Notes: generated by a model from the sequence alone, not told the origin. Positions 1-10,825 are shown, counted from the stretch's first letter. The stretch: 64,000 nt of DNA from an uncultured Catenibacterium sp. (GCF_900540685.1 NZ_UQGS01000001.1), one strand, 5' to 3'. Numbers and translations are program-made.

Positions 1-118
1 TGTAGTTTACCCCTTACATTAATCTTAGTCAATTGTTTTGTACAATTTCTTTGTGAAATTATTAAAATCTCATTACATTTTAGCTTTATCGTAAATATTA
101 TGAACGTTTAATCAAAAC

Positions 119-153
119 ACAAAAAAAAGGAGATAACATCTCTGTCATCTCCT
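119..153 (-). terminator. Rho-independent terminator downstream of the oppA-like gene
   Basis: Inverted repeat aggagat...atctcct (128-153) followed on the minus strand by a T8 run (plus-strand A8 at 121-128). Confidence 0.6.
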
Positions 154-183
154 CGGCCACTCTGTTTTGACACAAAGTAGAGG

Positions 184-1803
184 TTATTTTACTTTAACAT
201 ATTTGAATGTATAAGGAACACCTACTGGTACCTGTACTAATCCGCTAACGTTCTTAGCCTTTAATGCAGCAGAACCTTTTTCGAATACTGGGATATCAGC
301 TAAATCTTCCATAGCTACCTTTTCAGCTTCTACCATTAAGCTCCAACGTTTAGTTAAATCTGATTCAGTCTGAACCTGTTCCATTAATGCATCATATTTT
401 GCATTACTATACTTACCATAGTTGTTTGAGTTACCAGTTGAAAGTAAGTTCAAGTAAGTAGTTGGATCAGCGTAGTCTGGTCCCCAACGAGTACATGCTA
501 CCTGGAAGTTACCATTAGCCTGTCTGTTATAGATTCTGTCTTTCTTAACAGTTGCAACCATGTTAACCTTTAAGCCTTTTAACTTAGAGAATGAACCCTG
601 TAAGTATTCAGCCATAGTATCCATTGGTGATTCATCAGTACCATATAATAAATCAATAGTGATTGTATCAGTACCTAATTCCTTCTTAGCTGCATCTAAA
701 TATTCCTGAGCTTTCTTCTGATCATAGCTTACATATTTATCTGCATCATCACGGAAGTCTTTACCAGCTGGGCTAATAGATAACTGAGATGGAACGAAAC
801 CAGTTGCTTCTTTAGAACCATCTTTTAATACGTTTTCACATAAATCTTTTCTGTTGATTGCATAAGATAATGCATATCTTAAGTTCTTATTAGCAAGCGT
901 ATTATTCTTTACGTTTACCTGTAAGTAGAATAAGTAACCTTCATTGAAAGTAGTGAAAGTATCTTTATCTTTATACTTATCTACTAATGTAGAGTTGATT
1001 GTAGCATAGTCAACTTTACCGTTATCGAAGTTCTGAGCAGCAGTCTTAGGATCCTGTACTAAGTACATTTCAAGATTCTTAGTTCCTACTGTTTTAGCAT
1101 CATAGTACTTATCGTTCTTAGTGAATGTTGCTTTGTTTCCCTTAACCCACTTAGTCATTGTATAAGCACCATTTGAAATAGTGTATTCTGGCTTAGTACC
1201 ATAGTTCTTACCACATTTTTCAACGAACTTCTGGTTCTGTGGGAAGTAGCATGGGAATGCCATTAAGTCTGTAAAATATGGAACCTTGTTATCAAGTTCT
1301 ACTACTAAAGTCTTATCATCTTTAGCTGTAACACCAAGAGTTGCCATCTGTTCATCAGTTGCGTTACTACCTAAATCAATTAAAGTATCTGCATTCTTAA
1401 CTGAAGCACCTCCGCTACCTAACATATAAGCATAGTTACCAGCTTCTTTGATGATCTTACGCCAAGAATAAACGAAGTCATTTGCAGTAACCTTGTCACC
1501 ATTTGACCATTTAGCATCTCTTAAGTGGAATGTGTAAGTCTTACCATCTTCGCTTACGTCCCAGCTCTTAGCTAATGCAGGTGCAGTCTTACCTTTGTTG
1601 TTAACGGCTGTTAAACCATCTGTAATAGCATGAATTGCGTTGAATGACATACCATCATCAACGACTGTAGAATCCATACCCTGGATATCTAATTCACTTG
1701 CAAATCTGAATGTATCAGTATCTGTCTTAGAACCACAGCCAGCTAACATTCCTGCAGCAGTTGCAGCGGTAAGCAATACTTTTACTGTTTTACCTGTTTT
1801 CAT
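184..1803 (-). CDS. oppA: Oligopeptide ABC transporter substrate-binding lipoprotein (family 5 SBP, OppA-like)
   Basis: 539 aa. N-terminal signal plus lipobox LAGCGS. Length and composition typical of OppA/DppA-family peptide-binding proteins. Assigned from translated sequence only. Confidence 0.7.
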   Translation of the reverse strand: MKTGKTVKVLLTAATAAGMLAGCGSKTDTDTFRFASELDIQGMDSTVVDDGMSFNAIHAITDGLTAVNNKGKTAPALAKSWDVSEDGKTYTFHLRDAKWSNGDKVTANDFVYSWRKIIKEAGNYAYMLGSGGASVKNADTLIDLGSNATDEQMATLGVTAKDDKTLVVELDNKVPYFTDLMAFPCYFPQNQKFVEKCGKNYGTKPEYTISNGAYTMTKWVKGNKATFTKNDKYYDAKTVGTKNLEMYLVQDPKTAAQNFDNGKVDYATINSTLVDKYKDKDTFTTFNEGYLFYLQVNVKNNTLANKNLRYALSYAINRKDLCENVLKDGSKEATGFVPSQLSISPAGKDFRDDADKYVSYDQKKAQEYLDAAKKELGTDTITIDLLYGTDESPMDTMAEYLQGSFSKLKGLKVNMVATVKKDRIYNRQANGNFQVACTRWGPDYADPTTYLNLLSTGNSNNYGKYSNAKYDALMEQVQTESDLTKRWSLMVEAEKVAMEDLADIPVFEKGSAALKAKNVSGLVQVPVGVPYTFKYVKVK

Positions 1804-2041
1804 ATATTCTCCTCCTGTAGTATTTTTTGTTTTCTACTATGGTGATAAGTTTAGTCTAAAAATTGTATACTGTCAACATAATTTCACATAAAATTTTGTA
1901 TTTTAGTGACAATTACCGTTTTTATTCGTACATTTACTAAATTCTAAACAATTGTATATATTTTTTAGTAACTTTTTATCACTTCGAGAGAAGATTGTAC
2001 TAAATTCCGTACAATAATTCAAATTGTAAAGGACGTATGCA

Positions 2042-2074
2042 CAAAAAAATGAACAATACAAACATGTATTGTTC
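2042..2074 (-). terminator. Rho-independent terminator downstream of the 2088..3074 gene
   Basis: Hairpin gaacaatac-aaacat-gtattgttc followed by a T-run on the minus strand. Confidence 0.5.
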
Positions 2075-2087
2075 ACTTCTTGTGTTT

Positions 2088-3074
2088 CTATTTTTTTAGC
2101 TTGTTTTGGTAGTCCTGTAATGCTTCTGCCGCATATGCTTCCGCATTCGATTCATTGATCTGATTGTAGTTCTTTGCCTTATTTGTAACCTTTGTAGAGA
2201 ACTCTTTCTTATAAGTCACAATAGTGCGATAGTCTACTAGCTTGTTATAATCACTGCTCATTGAGTCATAAGACTCTACAAGAGCATACTCATAAGCATG
2301 ATATGTACTATGGAGTAATGCCTCTAATAGAGTAGTAGAAGCTGCATGGTCTAATTGACTGATATCAAAAGTAATTTCCTTTGATTTATTATTATATTGG
2401 GCATAAGGATGTTTCAGATTACTTCCTGCACCTACTTTTATTCTTGCAGATATACCTAGATAGTCTCTCTCATTATTACATATAGTCTGTAATGTGTTGA
2501 GCTTTTCTTTACGTTTAAGTTTTGACCAGTTCTGTAGGTTCTTTAATGATTTATCATCATATTTTCTTATATATGCATCTGTATTATTGGTGATCTTTGT
2601 AGATGATTGAATAAGTGAAGAACCAAATAGAGTAAAGCTTAATACAATCACAAGTGATAATAGAGAAGCTAAGCCTATTACCAGCTGTGATTTCTCTAAT
2701 AGTGAGTTGTAGTTTCTTCTTTTTACCTTATAGAAATAGAATCCTATATAGACAAGATCAAGTCCAATAAGTAGTGTCCAGACAATACCTAAAGGTATAG
2801 GCAATAGTAATATATAAGCAAGTGTCGTATAGATACCAAAAGGTATAAGTACGTTTGTCGCAATACTTAAGTAGTTTCTTCTATCATCTTTTTCAAAGTA
2901 GATGAGTCCAAAGCTGAGTACTGTGAGCAAGAATAATACAAGCTTAGATTGTAGTAAGGAACAGCCTGGAATCACTCTAAAGATAAATATACAGAATATA
3001 ATAAGAGTAATGAAATAGGCTATGACAGCCCTAATAATGAAATCTTTAAGTGTAAATGTATTATGTTGTTTCAT
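2088..3074 (-). CDS. Hypothetical integral membrane protein (N-terminal multi-TM region plus C-terminal soluble domain)
   Basis: 328 aa ORF. About 5 hydrophobic helices in the first 170 aa, then a polar K/N/Y-rich domain. No recognisable motif. Confidence 0.5.
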   Translation of the reverse strand: MKQHNTFTLKDFIIRAVIAYFITLIIFCIFIFRVIPGCSLLQSKLVLFLLTVLSFGLIYFEKDDRRNYLSIATNVLIPFGIYTTLAYILLLPIPLGIVWTLLIGLDLVYIGFYFYKVKRRNYNSLLEKSQLVIGLASLLSLVIVLSFTLFGSSLIQSSTKITNNTDAYIRKYDDKSLKNLQNWSKLKRKEKLNTLQTICNNERDYLGISARIKVGAGSNLKHPYAQYNNKSKEITFDISQLDHAASTTLLEALLHSTYHAYEYALVESYDSMSSDYNKLVDYRTIVTYKKEFSTKVTNKAKNYNQINESNAEAYAAEALQDYQNKLKK

Positions 3075-3151
3075 AACTTCGCCTCCTGATATTAATTTTA
3101 TCGTAAATACAAGTGAAAAAGAAGCCTAAAAGAAAAAGCCAGAGAACTGGC

Positions 3152-4492
3152 TTAGACATTCGTGAGTTTTTTCTTTTTTACAACTAGATAAGCGATCACA
3201 ATGGATAGAGAAGTGACTGCCCAGCTGATTGGGTAGACAACTAAGACTGACTGGAATGTATGGATTTTTGCGAAAGCAATAAAGATCCAGGCAAGTCTTA
3301 ATGCACATGTGAAGACAATACAGAGTACTGTAGAAATCATTGGATTTCCTAGTCCTCTGAGTGCACCTGACATGATTTCTATAGTCATATTAAGTACTTC
3401 AAATGCGACTACTATAGAAATACGGATACAGGCTATTTTCACAATGGCAGGATCTGATGTGAATATTCCTGCAAGAATTGGTGAGAAGGTGATGAAGAGT
3501 GCACTGATTGCACCTGTAAAAATAGTACCAAGCAACATACACCATCTAATAGACTGGATACATCTTCTGTAGTTTTTAGCACCATAGTTTTGTGATGTAA
3601 AGGTAATGGCTGCCTGGGCAAAACCTGTAATTAAGAAATAAGAATACATTTCAAAGTTTAAGGCAACAGTGGATGCAGCGACAATATCAGCACCTAAGCT
3701 ATTAATAGCTGATTGGATGATGATATTAGAGATATTAAACAACATGCCTTGAATAGCTGCAGGAATGCCTATAATGAGTATTTCTTTTGTATAGACCCAT
3801 TCCATCTTCATTTTATCTAGTCTGACTTGTAATGCGCCTTCTTCTTTAGATAATATTCTAAAGAGTAATAAAGAGCTAGTGGCATCTGCGATAGTAGTAG
3901 CTAAGGCAACACCGGCGACATCTAACTTAAATAAGATGACAAATACTAGATTCAATACTACATTGACCGTACCTGAAATGATTAAACAATAGAGTGGTCT
4001 TTTGGTATCTCCACCCGCTCTTAGTATGGCAGATTCAAAGTTATAAATAGTTAAGAAGAACATTCCTATAAAGCATATTCTTAAGTAGAGTACTGCAAGA
4101 GGTAGTACTTCTATCGGTGTGGACATGAGTTCTAGTAATGGACGGGCAATAATTTCTCCAATAATAGAAACAATTAAGCCAGTAATAACTGACAATACAA
4201 GTGCTGTATGAATAGCCTGATTGGCTCTATCTTCTTTTTGTGCTCCTAAGAAACGCGATATAATAACATTCGCTCCTACTGAGAAGCCTACAAAGATTGT
4301 GATAAATAGATTTGTGATTGGGGCAGTACTTCCTACTGCCGCTAATGAATGACTACCTGAAAACTGTCCTACAGTCGCTACATCACAGGAGTTGAATAAC
4401 TGCTGGATAATACTTGTAGCTGCCAAAGGTAATGCGAATGCAAGGATCTTATCCCATAATGATCCTTCTAATGGATTAATTCTTTTAGCCAT
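3152..4492 (-). CDS. MATE family multidrug/oligosaccharidyl-lipid efflux transporter
   Basis: 446 aa, 12 predicted TM helices, MATE-like sequence character throughout. Confidence 0.8.
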   Translation of the reverse strand: MAKRINPLEGSLWDKILAFALPLAATSIIQQLFNSCDVATVGQFSGSHSLAAVGSTAPITNLFITIFVGFSVGANVIISRFLGAQKEDRANQAIHTALVLSVITGLIVSIIGEIIARPLLELMSTPIEVLPLAVLYLRICFIGMFFLTIYNFESAILRAGGDTKRPLYCLIISGTVNVVLNLVFVILFKLDVAGVALATTIADATSSLLLFRILSKEEGALQVRLDKMKMEWVYTKEILIIGIPAAIQGMLFNISNIIIQSAINSLGADIVAASTVALNFEMYSYFLITGFAQAAITFTSQNYGAKNYRRCIQSIRWCMLLGTIFTGAISALFITFSPILAGIFTSDPAIVKIACIRISIVVAFEVLNMTIEIMSGALRGLGNPMISTVLCIVFTCALRLAWIFIAFAKIHTFQSVLVVYPISWAVTSLSIVIAYLVVKKKKLTNV

Positions 4493-4652
4493 GATTTTCC
4501 CCCTTCTTGACCTATTCTATCCTTAAAGTATACTTTAAGGTCAATACTTTTTATTCCTACTGAAATACTATACTTATTTATTTTTTATGATGCATTTTTT
4601 CTCAATTAGAAATAATTTTCCTATATAATAAAGTTGAAAGGAGGTTTCAGGT

Positions 4653-5177
4653 ATGAAGAAACTATTCACATTATTATTATCGTGTATGTTGGTATTTGGT
4701 TTAAGTGCATGTACAAACAATAATAAAGATACAGGTAAGACGGATACAACAACACAGACAGAAGAATCTATGGATGATGCATTCTATAAGGATCTAAAGA
4801 CAGCTTTAGAAGAAAGATGGAAAATAGAAGAAAAGGATGCAGAACTCACTACAGAAATCTATACTCGTTATGTAAATACTGAACTTAAATATCTAAGTAA
4901 GTATGAAAATAAAGAAGATTCGTTTAAGAATCATGAAATTGGTGAAGCAGCTGAAGATTATGTAGAAACTTTGATTGAGGGTAAACAGATGGCTTATCTG
5001 ATTGATAAGGATTATACTAAATGGCATCAAGAGTATGAAGATGAAGTGTTTGAAGAAAGTACTGAAGCTGTGTATAAGCTCAATAGTATAAAGAAGATTA
5101 CTTTCGAAAATGAAGAATATCAGAAGATGTTTGATCGTCTTGTGAAATATGGAGAGGAATATAGTAAAAGGGATTAA
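4653..5177 (+). CDS. Hypothetical lipoprotein
   Basis: Signal peptide with lipobox LSAC. Acidic and charged mature region. aggagg RBS upstream. Confidence 0.55.
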   Translation: MKKLFTLLLSCMLVFGLSACTNNNKDTGKTDTTTQTEESMDDAFYKDLKTALEERWKIEEKDAELTTEIYTRYVNTELKYLSKYENKEDSFKNHEIGEAAEDYVETLIEGKQMAYLIDKDYTKWHQEYEDEVFEESTEAVYKLNSIKKITFENEEYQKMFDRLVKYGEEYSKRD

Positions 5178-5179
5178 TT

Positions 5180-5443
5180 ATGGATAATATTGTGGTATTA
5201 AATGATGCAAATGGAAATGAATTAGAGTTTGAATATCTTGATGTAATCGAACATAATGAAGAAACATATGTTGTGTTGTTACCAGCAGATGAAGAAGCAG
5301 ATGAGGTAGTGATCTTGAAATGCGAAGAATCAGAGGATGATCCTGATGAAGAAAACTATCGTTCAGTAGACGATGAAGCACTACTTAATGAACTGTTTGA
5401 AATCTTTAAAGAAAAGAATGCAGATAACTTTGATTTTGATTAA
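5180..5443 (+). CDS. DUF1292-family small acidic protein
   Basis: 87 aa, very acidic. The NDANGNELEFEYLDVIEHNEETYVVLLP pattern is typical of DUF1292. Starts 3 nt after the preceding stop. Confidence 0.55.
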   Translation: MDNIVVLNDANGNELEFEYLDVIEHNEETYVVLLPADEEADEVVILKCEESEDDPDEENYRSVDDEALLNELFEIFKEKNADNFDFD

Positions 5444-5447
5444 GAAC

Positions 5448-5475
5448 GAGGGGCACCTGATGGTGCCCCTTTATT
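5448..5475. terminator. Bidirectional terminator hairpin between convergent genes
   Basis: ggggcacc-tgat-ggtgcccc perfect hairpin followed by ttatt. Lies between the + strand DUF1292 gene and the - strand ogt. Confidence 0.6.
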
Positions 5476-5962
5476 GTGCTTCTAATTTTAATAACGCTTC
5501 TTTTCTTTCTATTCCACCTGCATAGCCTGTTAAGCTTCCATTACTGCCTAATACTCTATGACAGGGTACTATAATACTTATTCTATTATGTCCTACTGCA
5601 CCACCTACTGCCTGTGCAGAGAATCTTTTAACACCCCTTCTTTTTGCTAGTATATTCGCAATTTCTCCATAAGTCATAGTACTTCCATAAGGGATATGAC
5701 ATAGAATCTCCCATACTTCCTTTTGGAAATCTGTACCTATAAAGTGAAGAGGAAAATCAATGGATGGCTGTTCTTGTTTAAAGTAGAGATCAAGCCATCT
5801 TTTTACTTTTAGAATAAGTTCTGTATCTTTTTCTTCATAAGGTTCTTTTAATCCTGATGCATAATACTTCTGATTCTCAAACCATAAGCCATATACACCT
5901 ATTTCATCTACTGCGATAAGTATATCTCCTAGTGGTGATTGATAGTGTCCAATATGAGTCAT
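5471..5962 (-). CDS. ogt: Methylated-DNA--protein-cysteine methyltransferase
   Basis: 163 aa with the PCHRV active-site motif (IVPCHRVLGSNGSLTGYAGG) and the C-terminal DNA-binding HTH of the MGMT family. Confidence 0.85.
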   Translation of the reverse strand: MTHIGHYQSPLGDILIAVDEIGVYGLWFENQKYYASGLKEPYEEKDTELILKVKRWLDLYFKQEQPSIDFPLHFIGTDFQKEVWEILCHIPYGSTMTYGEIANILAKRRGVKRFSAQAVGGAVGHNRISIIVPCHRVLGSNGSLTGYAGGIERKEALLKLEAQ

Positions 5963-6828
5963 AAGAAGTCCTCCATAATCTTCTTAGCAAGCTTATAAGC
6001 ACCATATTCTGGTGTATGAATAGGTGGTTCTATTGTTTCATTTAAAACAGGTAGAATATAGTGAGAAGCCTGTTCAAATACGCCTCCTATATAAGAAATA
6101 CGAGGTGTTGAGTTATATTGTTTTAAGAGTGTTTGTATGAGTGAACGAATTTCTAAGGCTGCCTGTCTATATATTTCTATTGCATAAGGATCTCCCTGAT
6201 TGGCAGCTAAGCCATTGATATAAGCATAGGATGCAATAGATGTACGATTCATGTTATTCATAAACGTGATGATATCATAATCAATATCTAGATGACATTC
6301 TTCCATAATTAGATCATAAAGAACTGTTTTTTCTAGTCTACCATCTATTTCTTTACAGAATGTATGAAACATCTTCTTCGCAATCCAATAAGCACTGCCC
6401 TCATCCCCTAATTGATAACCCCAGCCTCCACAACGTGTGAGCTTATTATTCTTAAGTGATAAGGCAATACTGCCTGTACCTGCAATAACGACAATACCAT
6501 CATGACCATCTAGTGCACCTTCTATCGCAATTCTTACATCACTTTCTACTACAAAAGGTCTAGGGCCAAATGCTTCTTTACAAATATATTCTATTTTATC
6601 TCTTAATTCTTTTTGTTGGCCATATCCTGCTAGTCCCGCACCAATAATTGCATTATGATCAGGATCTAGCTGATTGACACCATCTCTTAATATTTCAATG
6701 GCTTGATCTTGTGGCTGAGTGAGAACATGTACTGTAGGAAGTATTAGTTCTTTTAAACGTGTTCCATTCTCATCAAAGAGAACCATCTTTGTTTTTGTAC
6801 CTCCGCCATCTATACCTATATACAACAT
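5959..6828 (-). CDS. BadF/BadG/BcrA/BcrD-type ATPase, probable MurNAc/GlcNAc kinase (MurK-like)
   Basis: 289 aa. N-terminal IGIDGGGTKTK phosphate-1 motif of the ASKHA sugar-kinase fold. Overlaps ogt by 4 bp and sits directly downstream of murQ. Confidence 0.7.
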   Translation of the reverse strand: MLYIGIDGGGTKTKMVLFDENGTRLKELILPTVHVLTQPQDQAIEILRDGVNQLDPDHNAIIGAGLAGYGQQKELRDKIEYICKEAFGPRPFVVESDVRIAIEGALDGHDGIVVIAGTGSIALSLKNNKLTRCGGWGYQLGDEGSAYWIAKKMFHTFCKEIDGRLEKTVLYDLIMEECHLDIDYDIITFMNNMNRTSIASYAYINGLAANQGDPYAIEIYRQAALEIRSLIQTLLKQYNSTPRISYIGGVFEQASHYILPVLNETIEPPIHTPEYGAYKLAKKIMEDFL

Positions 6829-6833
6829 TTCTG

Positions 6834-7724
6834 TTACCTCATAGTTTTAGTGATACTTCCATTGTTTTTTAGTAGAGCTTCTTCACATTCTTTTTCATCT
6901 TTACCTGTTAAACCAGATAGAATCGCAATCTTTACATTGTAGTGACATTTAGTTAATAATCTGATTGATTCTTCTTCAGAACAATCTAAAGATTGTGAGA
7001 CAATATTGATGGCTCTTGTTTTAAGTTTTTCATTGGTAGGCTGTAAATCAACCATGAGATTTTTATAGACCTTTCCTCTTTTAATCATGGCAGAAGTAGA
7101 AATCATATTTAAAATAAGTTTTTGGGCAGTACCTGCCTTCATTCTCGTAGAACCAGTAATGACTTCTGGACCTGTAATGACTTCAATTGGATAGTGGGAG
7201 TATTTTGATATTTCTCCATTATGAACACAACAGATAGAAACTGTCTGGCATCCTAATGTGCGCGCATATTCAAGTCCGCCAATGACATAAGGTGTTCTGC
7301 CTGATGCTGCAATACCACATACAACATCTTTGTCTGTTAAGTGAATATTCTTTAAGTCCTCCACAGCAAGATCCTGAGAATCTTCTGCACCTTCTATAGC
7401 TTCTGTGAGCGCTTCTTTTCCACCTGCGATTAATCCCTGTACAAGTGTAGAATTCACACCATATGTAGGAGGACATTCCGAAGCATCTAATACACCTAAT
7501 CTACCTGATGTACCTGCACCAATATAAATCAATCGACCGCCTTTACACATCTGGTGATAAATACAATCAACCGCAATTGATATTTGTGGTAGAACATCTT
7601 TTACAGCTAAAGCCACTTTCTGATCTTCATTATTAATAGTAGTAAGAATATCTATAGTAGACATTTCATCTATATGTAATGAATCAGGATTAGACTGCTC
7701 TGTATCTAATTGATTTAAGTTCAT
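6834..7724 (-). CDS. murQ: N-acetylmuramic acid 6-phosphate etherase
   Basis: 296 aa SIS-domain protein with the MurQ N-terminal region (IYIGAGTSGRLGVLDASECPPTYG). Confidence 0.85.
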   Translation of the reverse strand: MNLNQLDTEQSNPDSLHIDEMSTIDILTTINNEDQKVALAVKDVLPQISIAVDCIYHQMCKGGRLIYIGAGTSGRLGVLDASECPPTYGVNSTLVQGLIAGGKEALTEAIEGAEDSQDLAVEDLKNIHLTDKDVVCGIAASGRTPYVIGGLEYARTLGCQTVSICCVHNGEISKYSHYPIEVITGPEVITGSTRMKAGTAQKLILNMISTSAMIKRGKVYKNLMVDLQPTNEKLKTRAINIVSQSLDCSEEESIRLLTKCHYNVKIAILSGLTGKDEKECEEALLKNNGSITKTMR

Positions 7725-7805
7725 TGTTGGTTCCTCCTTTCTATATCATTATAAGCGTGATGAAATCTCATTTCTATAATAAAAGACCCATAGTGAAATA
7801 TGAGT

Positions 7806-8641
7806 CTACTTTTTGAGTATAGAGACATTGTCTTTAGAATCTATGAGATTCTTTTTATGGTCTTCAAAGTTCTTTTTAAACACACCGTAATACAATAAAT
7901 CAGTTATCACAAATGAAGAGATACGAGAAGAGATAGCACCTAGACGTAATTCTTTTTCTTCACTTGGTACTTTAAGTGAATAGTTACTAAGTTTAGAGAT
8001 TGGATTAGGATTAATCTGTGTAATAGAGATAAATGATATTTGTTTTTCATGTAATACTTTAGCGATATCTACTAAACCAGTGGTAGAACCTGAGTAACTG
8101 ATAATAAGTGCTGCATCATTTTGATCCATGCTTTGGGTAAAAGTCATCTGTACATGTAAGTCAGGATTATATATCACCTTCTTACCTATACGCATGAGCT
8201 TTTGATAGATATCTAAATCAATAACTGATGAACCACCTACACCAAAGAGATAGATAGTAGATGCATCGTTAAGTAAGTCTATAGATGCTTCTAGTGTATC
8301 TATGTTGATTAACTGATATGTTTTTAAGACTGTATTCATGTTTAGCCTACAGCCTTTTTCTACTAGTGTACCAATATCATCATTTACATCAAAGATTAAA
8401 TCTACTTCTTGTTTTTCTTCTTTTGTAGATTGGGCTAAGTTCATCTTTAGATCACTAAAGCCTTTAAAACCTATCTTCTTTGAGAAACGGATAATAGCAG
8501 CCGCAGAGGTATTTGTCTTCTCACCTAGTACTTGTGCAGAATCCTGTAAAACATCATTTTCTAGTATGTATTCAGCTATGAGTTTTTCTGTAGGTGTATA
8601 GCTATCATTGTATTCTTTAATTCTTAAGTATGCATTCATAG
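7806..8641 (-). CDS. murR: RpiR/MurR-family transcriptional regulator (HTH plus SIS)
   Basis: The ORF track extends the frame to 8741. The start at 8641 (MNAYLRIKEY...) is preferred because it has a perfect GGAGGTGA RBS 5 nt upstream and the RpiR HTH begins there. A C-terminal SIS domain is present. Confidence 0.8.
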
Positions 8642-8694
8642 GATCACCTCCGATTAATCCTATTATAGCATATGCAAAGAGTTGTTTTGTATAT

Positions 8695-8722
8695 AAAAAT
8701 ATCCCCTGAAGAGGGGATTGGA
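8695..8722 (-). terminator. Hairpin terminator/attenuator upstream of murR
   Basis: Perfect palindrome atcccct-gaa-gaggggat, followed on the minus strand by atttttat. The same hairpin is copied at 9911-9928 and, degenerate, at 10805-10822. Confidence 0.45.
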
Positions 8723-8901
8723 AATCATGAGGTTTCCGCATTTATCATTTTATAGAAAACGTGAACTTATTTATGAAGAATATAGGAAAGCATCATAAGT
8801 GAATTGTTCACATCATTTTATTCAATGCTTAAGAAGATTACCAAGATTCAATCTATTTCATTGTCCTTCTTATGATTTTTTTGTTCATTATTCTTATTAA
8901 A

Positions 8902-9486
8902 TTATATTTTTCCTTCAAGATTTAAATATATCACTTTGCCGTAAAATATAATTCTTTTTACCTTTATGTTTTTTAACTTTTTTCCTCTATTCTTACCCTT
9001 TAACATTTTATTCCAATATTCATCTATTTCTTTATTAGTTAAACTATCGTCAAATACCTTTGAATAGTTTATGAATTGTTCTTTGATATCGTCATTAGTC
9101 ACACTATCGGAATGATTTAGAACAGCAACTGCCATTTTATTCCCAAACATGTTTTTACGTTGTATCCATATTTCTAATTTCTCGTTTGATATATCAACTA
9201 TACTAGGCGAATCTTTTCCTTCAAGTTTTTTCATACTTACCATATCACTAGTAATATCTGGATCATTAATTTCGTTATATTTATTCAAAAAAGAATTAAT
9301 ACTTTCATCTTTTTTATAAATCAACTTTTCTTTTACCTTTTTCTTAAATCCAAAGAAACTATTTTCTAATATGTCTTTAGTTGTACTTTTTGATTTATTT
9401 GTTGTACCACAACTTACTAATACCAAGCAAAGAAGCAGTATGATTATTCTTTTCACATTAACACTCCCATTCACTTTACATTGCAC
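8902..9486 (-). CDS. Hypothetical lipoprotein
   Basis: 194 aa. Signal peptide IIILLLCLVLVSCG with lipobox. K/N/E-rich mature part. Confidence 0.5.
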   Translation of the reverse strand: MQCKVNGSVNVKRIIILLLCLVLVSCGTTNKSKSTTKDILENSFFGFKKKVKEKLIYKKDESINSFLNKYNEINDPDITSDMVSMKKLEGKDSPSIVDISNEKLEIWIQRKNMFGNKMAVAVLNHSDSVTNDDIKEQFINYSKVFDDSLTNKEIDEYWNKMLKGKNRGKKLKNIKVKRIIFYGKVIYLNLEGKI

Positions 9487-9495
9487 TAAACATTA

Positions 9496-9702
9496 CTATT
9501 TGTTAAATCCGTATTTTGATTTCACATTTATACCATATCCAATAATTGCACCAACTATACCACCGACAATATGTGTCATATTTGAAATATTATTCTGAAC
9601 CGCAATACCTTCATATACCTGCTGCCCAATAAAAATAGCTGCAACCAATATAAATGTAAAAGGAATTTCTCCTTCTCTAAAATCTGTAAATGAAGCATGC
9701 AT
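9496..9702 (-). pseudogene. C-terminal remnant of a rhomboid-family intramembrane serine protease
   Basis: 68 aa with two TM helices. It carries the rhomboid TM6 histidine motif (NMTHIVGGIVGAIIG, pattern AHxxGxxxG) but lacks the N-terminal TM helices including the GxSG serine. Confidence 0.45.
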
Positions 9703-9726
9703 TATAAATGCAAATACTACTTCACT

Positions 9727-9950
9727 CTACTTCTTGTGGTTTTTCTTCTTTAGTAGATTGAGAAACGGATATTAGCTGTTGCAGAATCTTGTAAGATATA
9801 GTCAGCTATTAGATTTTCTGTAAAGGTATAGCTATCTATTCTTAAGTATGCATTCATAGGATTACCACCGATTAACTATATTATAACATATGAAAAGAAT
9901 TGTTTTGAATATGAAAATATCCCCTGAAGAGGGGATTGAGAACTATTTTA
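9727..9950 (-). repeat. Degraded duplicate of the murR 5' coding region plus its upstream hairpin (copy B)
   Basis: Alignable by eye with 8400-8722, with one internal deletion. It retains the RBS and ATG-AAT-GCA-TAC (MNAY) start, then diverges or truncates. Confidence 0.7.
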
Positions 9951-9966
9951 AATAATCTTAATTACA

Positions 9967-10554
9967 TTACTCATCATCTATCAAATTAAAACTATTGAGC
10001 ATTTTATGTTTTACTTTCTTAGCCATACCTGGATCTAACTTATTCAAAAACATTTCAAAATCAATTTGTGATTTTGTTTTTATTTCTTTTAATTTTTTAG
10101 CATCCGCAATCTTTCTTTTTGCTTCACTTTTAGGATATCCACCACCAAATGGTTCTGAAAATAATGCTTGGATTGTTTTCTCTAAATTCTTTTCACCTGT
10201 ATATGTATATTCTTCTCCAAGAGGTAAAGATACTACATTTCCGTTATTGATCTGTGCAAATAAATAAGCATCTTTCGCAGTTGGAACATACCCACATAAA
10301 ACACCAGGCATACTATTACAAGCAAGCATCATCCCTTGCCCTGAAGAACATCCAGTTACCACAAAATCAACTATATGGCTGTTTATAAGCATTCCAATCA
10401 ACAACGCAATCTCAACATAAGTATAGTTTTCATCTTCATCTACAAAACATCCAAAATTAATAACTTCTGCATCTTTTGCATATTTCTTTGTATATTTATA
10501 AAGCATCTCATTTTTTGATACTTGTGAACTTGCTTGTACTACTGCTATCTTCAT
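9967..10554 (-). CDS. RpiB/LacA/LacB-family sugar-phosphate isomerase with C-terminal extension
   Basis: 195 aa starting MKIAVV. The active-site-region pattern VTGCSSGQGMMLACN corresponds to ICGTGIGMSIAANK of RpiB. About 40 extra K/E-rich C-terminal residues. Confidence 0.65.
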   Translation of the reverse strand: MKIAVVQASSQVSKNEMLYKYTKKYAKDAEVINFGCFVDEDENYTYVEIALLIGMLINSHIVDFVVTGCSSGQGMMLACNSMPGVLCGYVPTAKDAYLFAQINNGNVVSLPLGEEYTYTGEKNLEKTIQALFSEPFGGGYPKSEAKRKIADAKKLKEIKTKSQIDFEMFLNKLDPGMAKKVKHKMLNSFNLIDDE

Positions 10555-10574
10555 TGATATTCCTCCAATAGTGT

Positions 10575-10825
10575 ATCTATGTTTATAAGACTGTATTCAT
10601 ATTTAATCTGCTTTTTGCATCTTTAGATCACTAAGCCCTTAAAACCTGTTCTCTTTGAGAAACGTATATTAACTGTTGCAGAATCTTGTAGGATATAGTC
10701 AGCCATTAGCTTTTCTGTAAGAGTATAGCTATCAATCTTAAGTATGCATTCATAGGATTAACACCATTATAGCATATAAGAAGAATTGTTATGTATATGG
10801 AAATATCCCCTAAGCAGGGGTTACT
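10575..10825 (-). repeat. Second degraded duplicate of the murR 5' region (copy C)
   Basis: Matches 8325-8722 with internal deletions and point changes. Reading frame destroyed. The hairpin copy is degenerate. Confidence 0.65.

Noticed and set aside
1804-2087. Possible CodY box upstream of the oppA-like gene (for example aaattttgtattttag)
   Set aside because: Only a partial match to AATTTTCWGAAAATT. Not supportable without a PWM scan.
3126-3621. Short ORFs 3126..3308, 3309..3572 and 3439..3621
   Set aside because: Embedded in or overlapping the MATE transporter gene, with no RBS and atypical composition.
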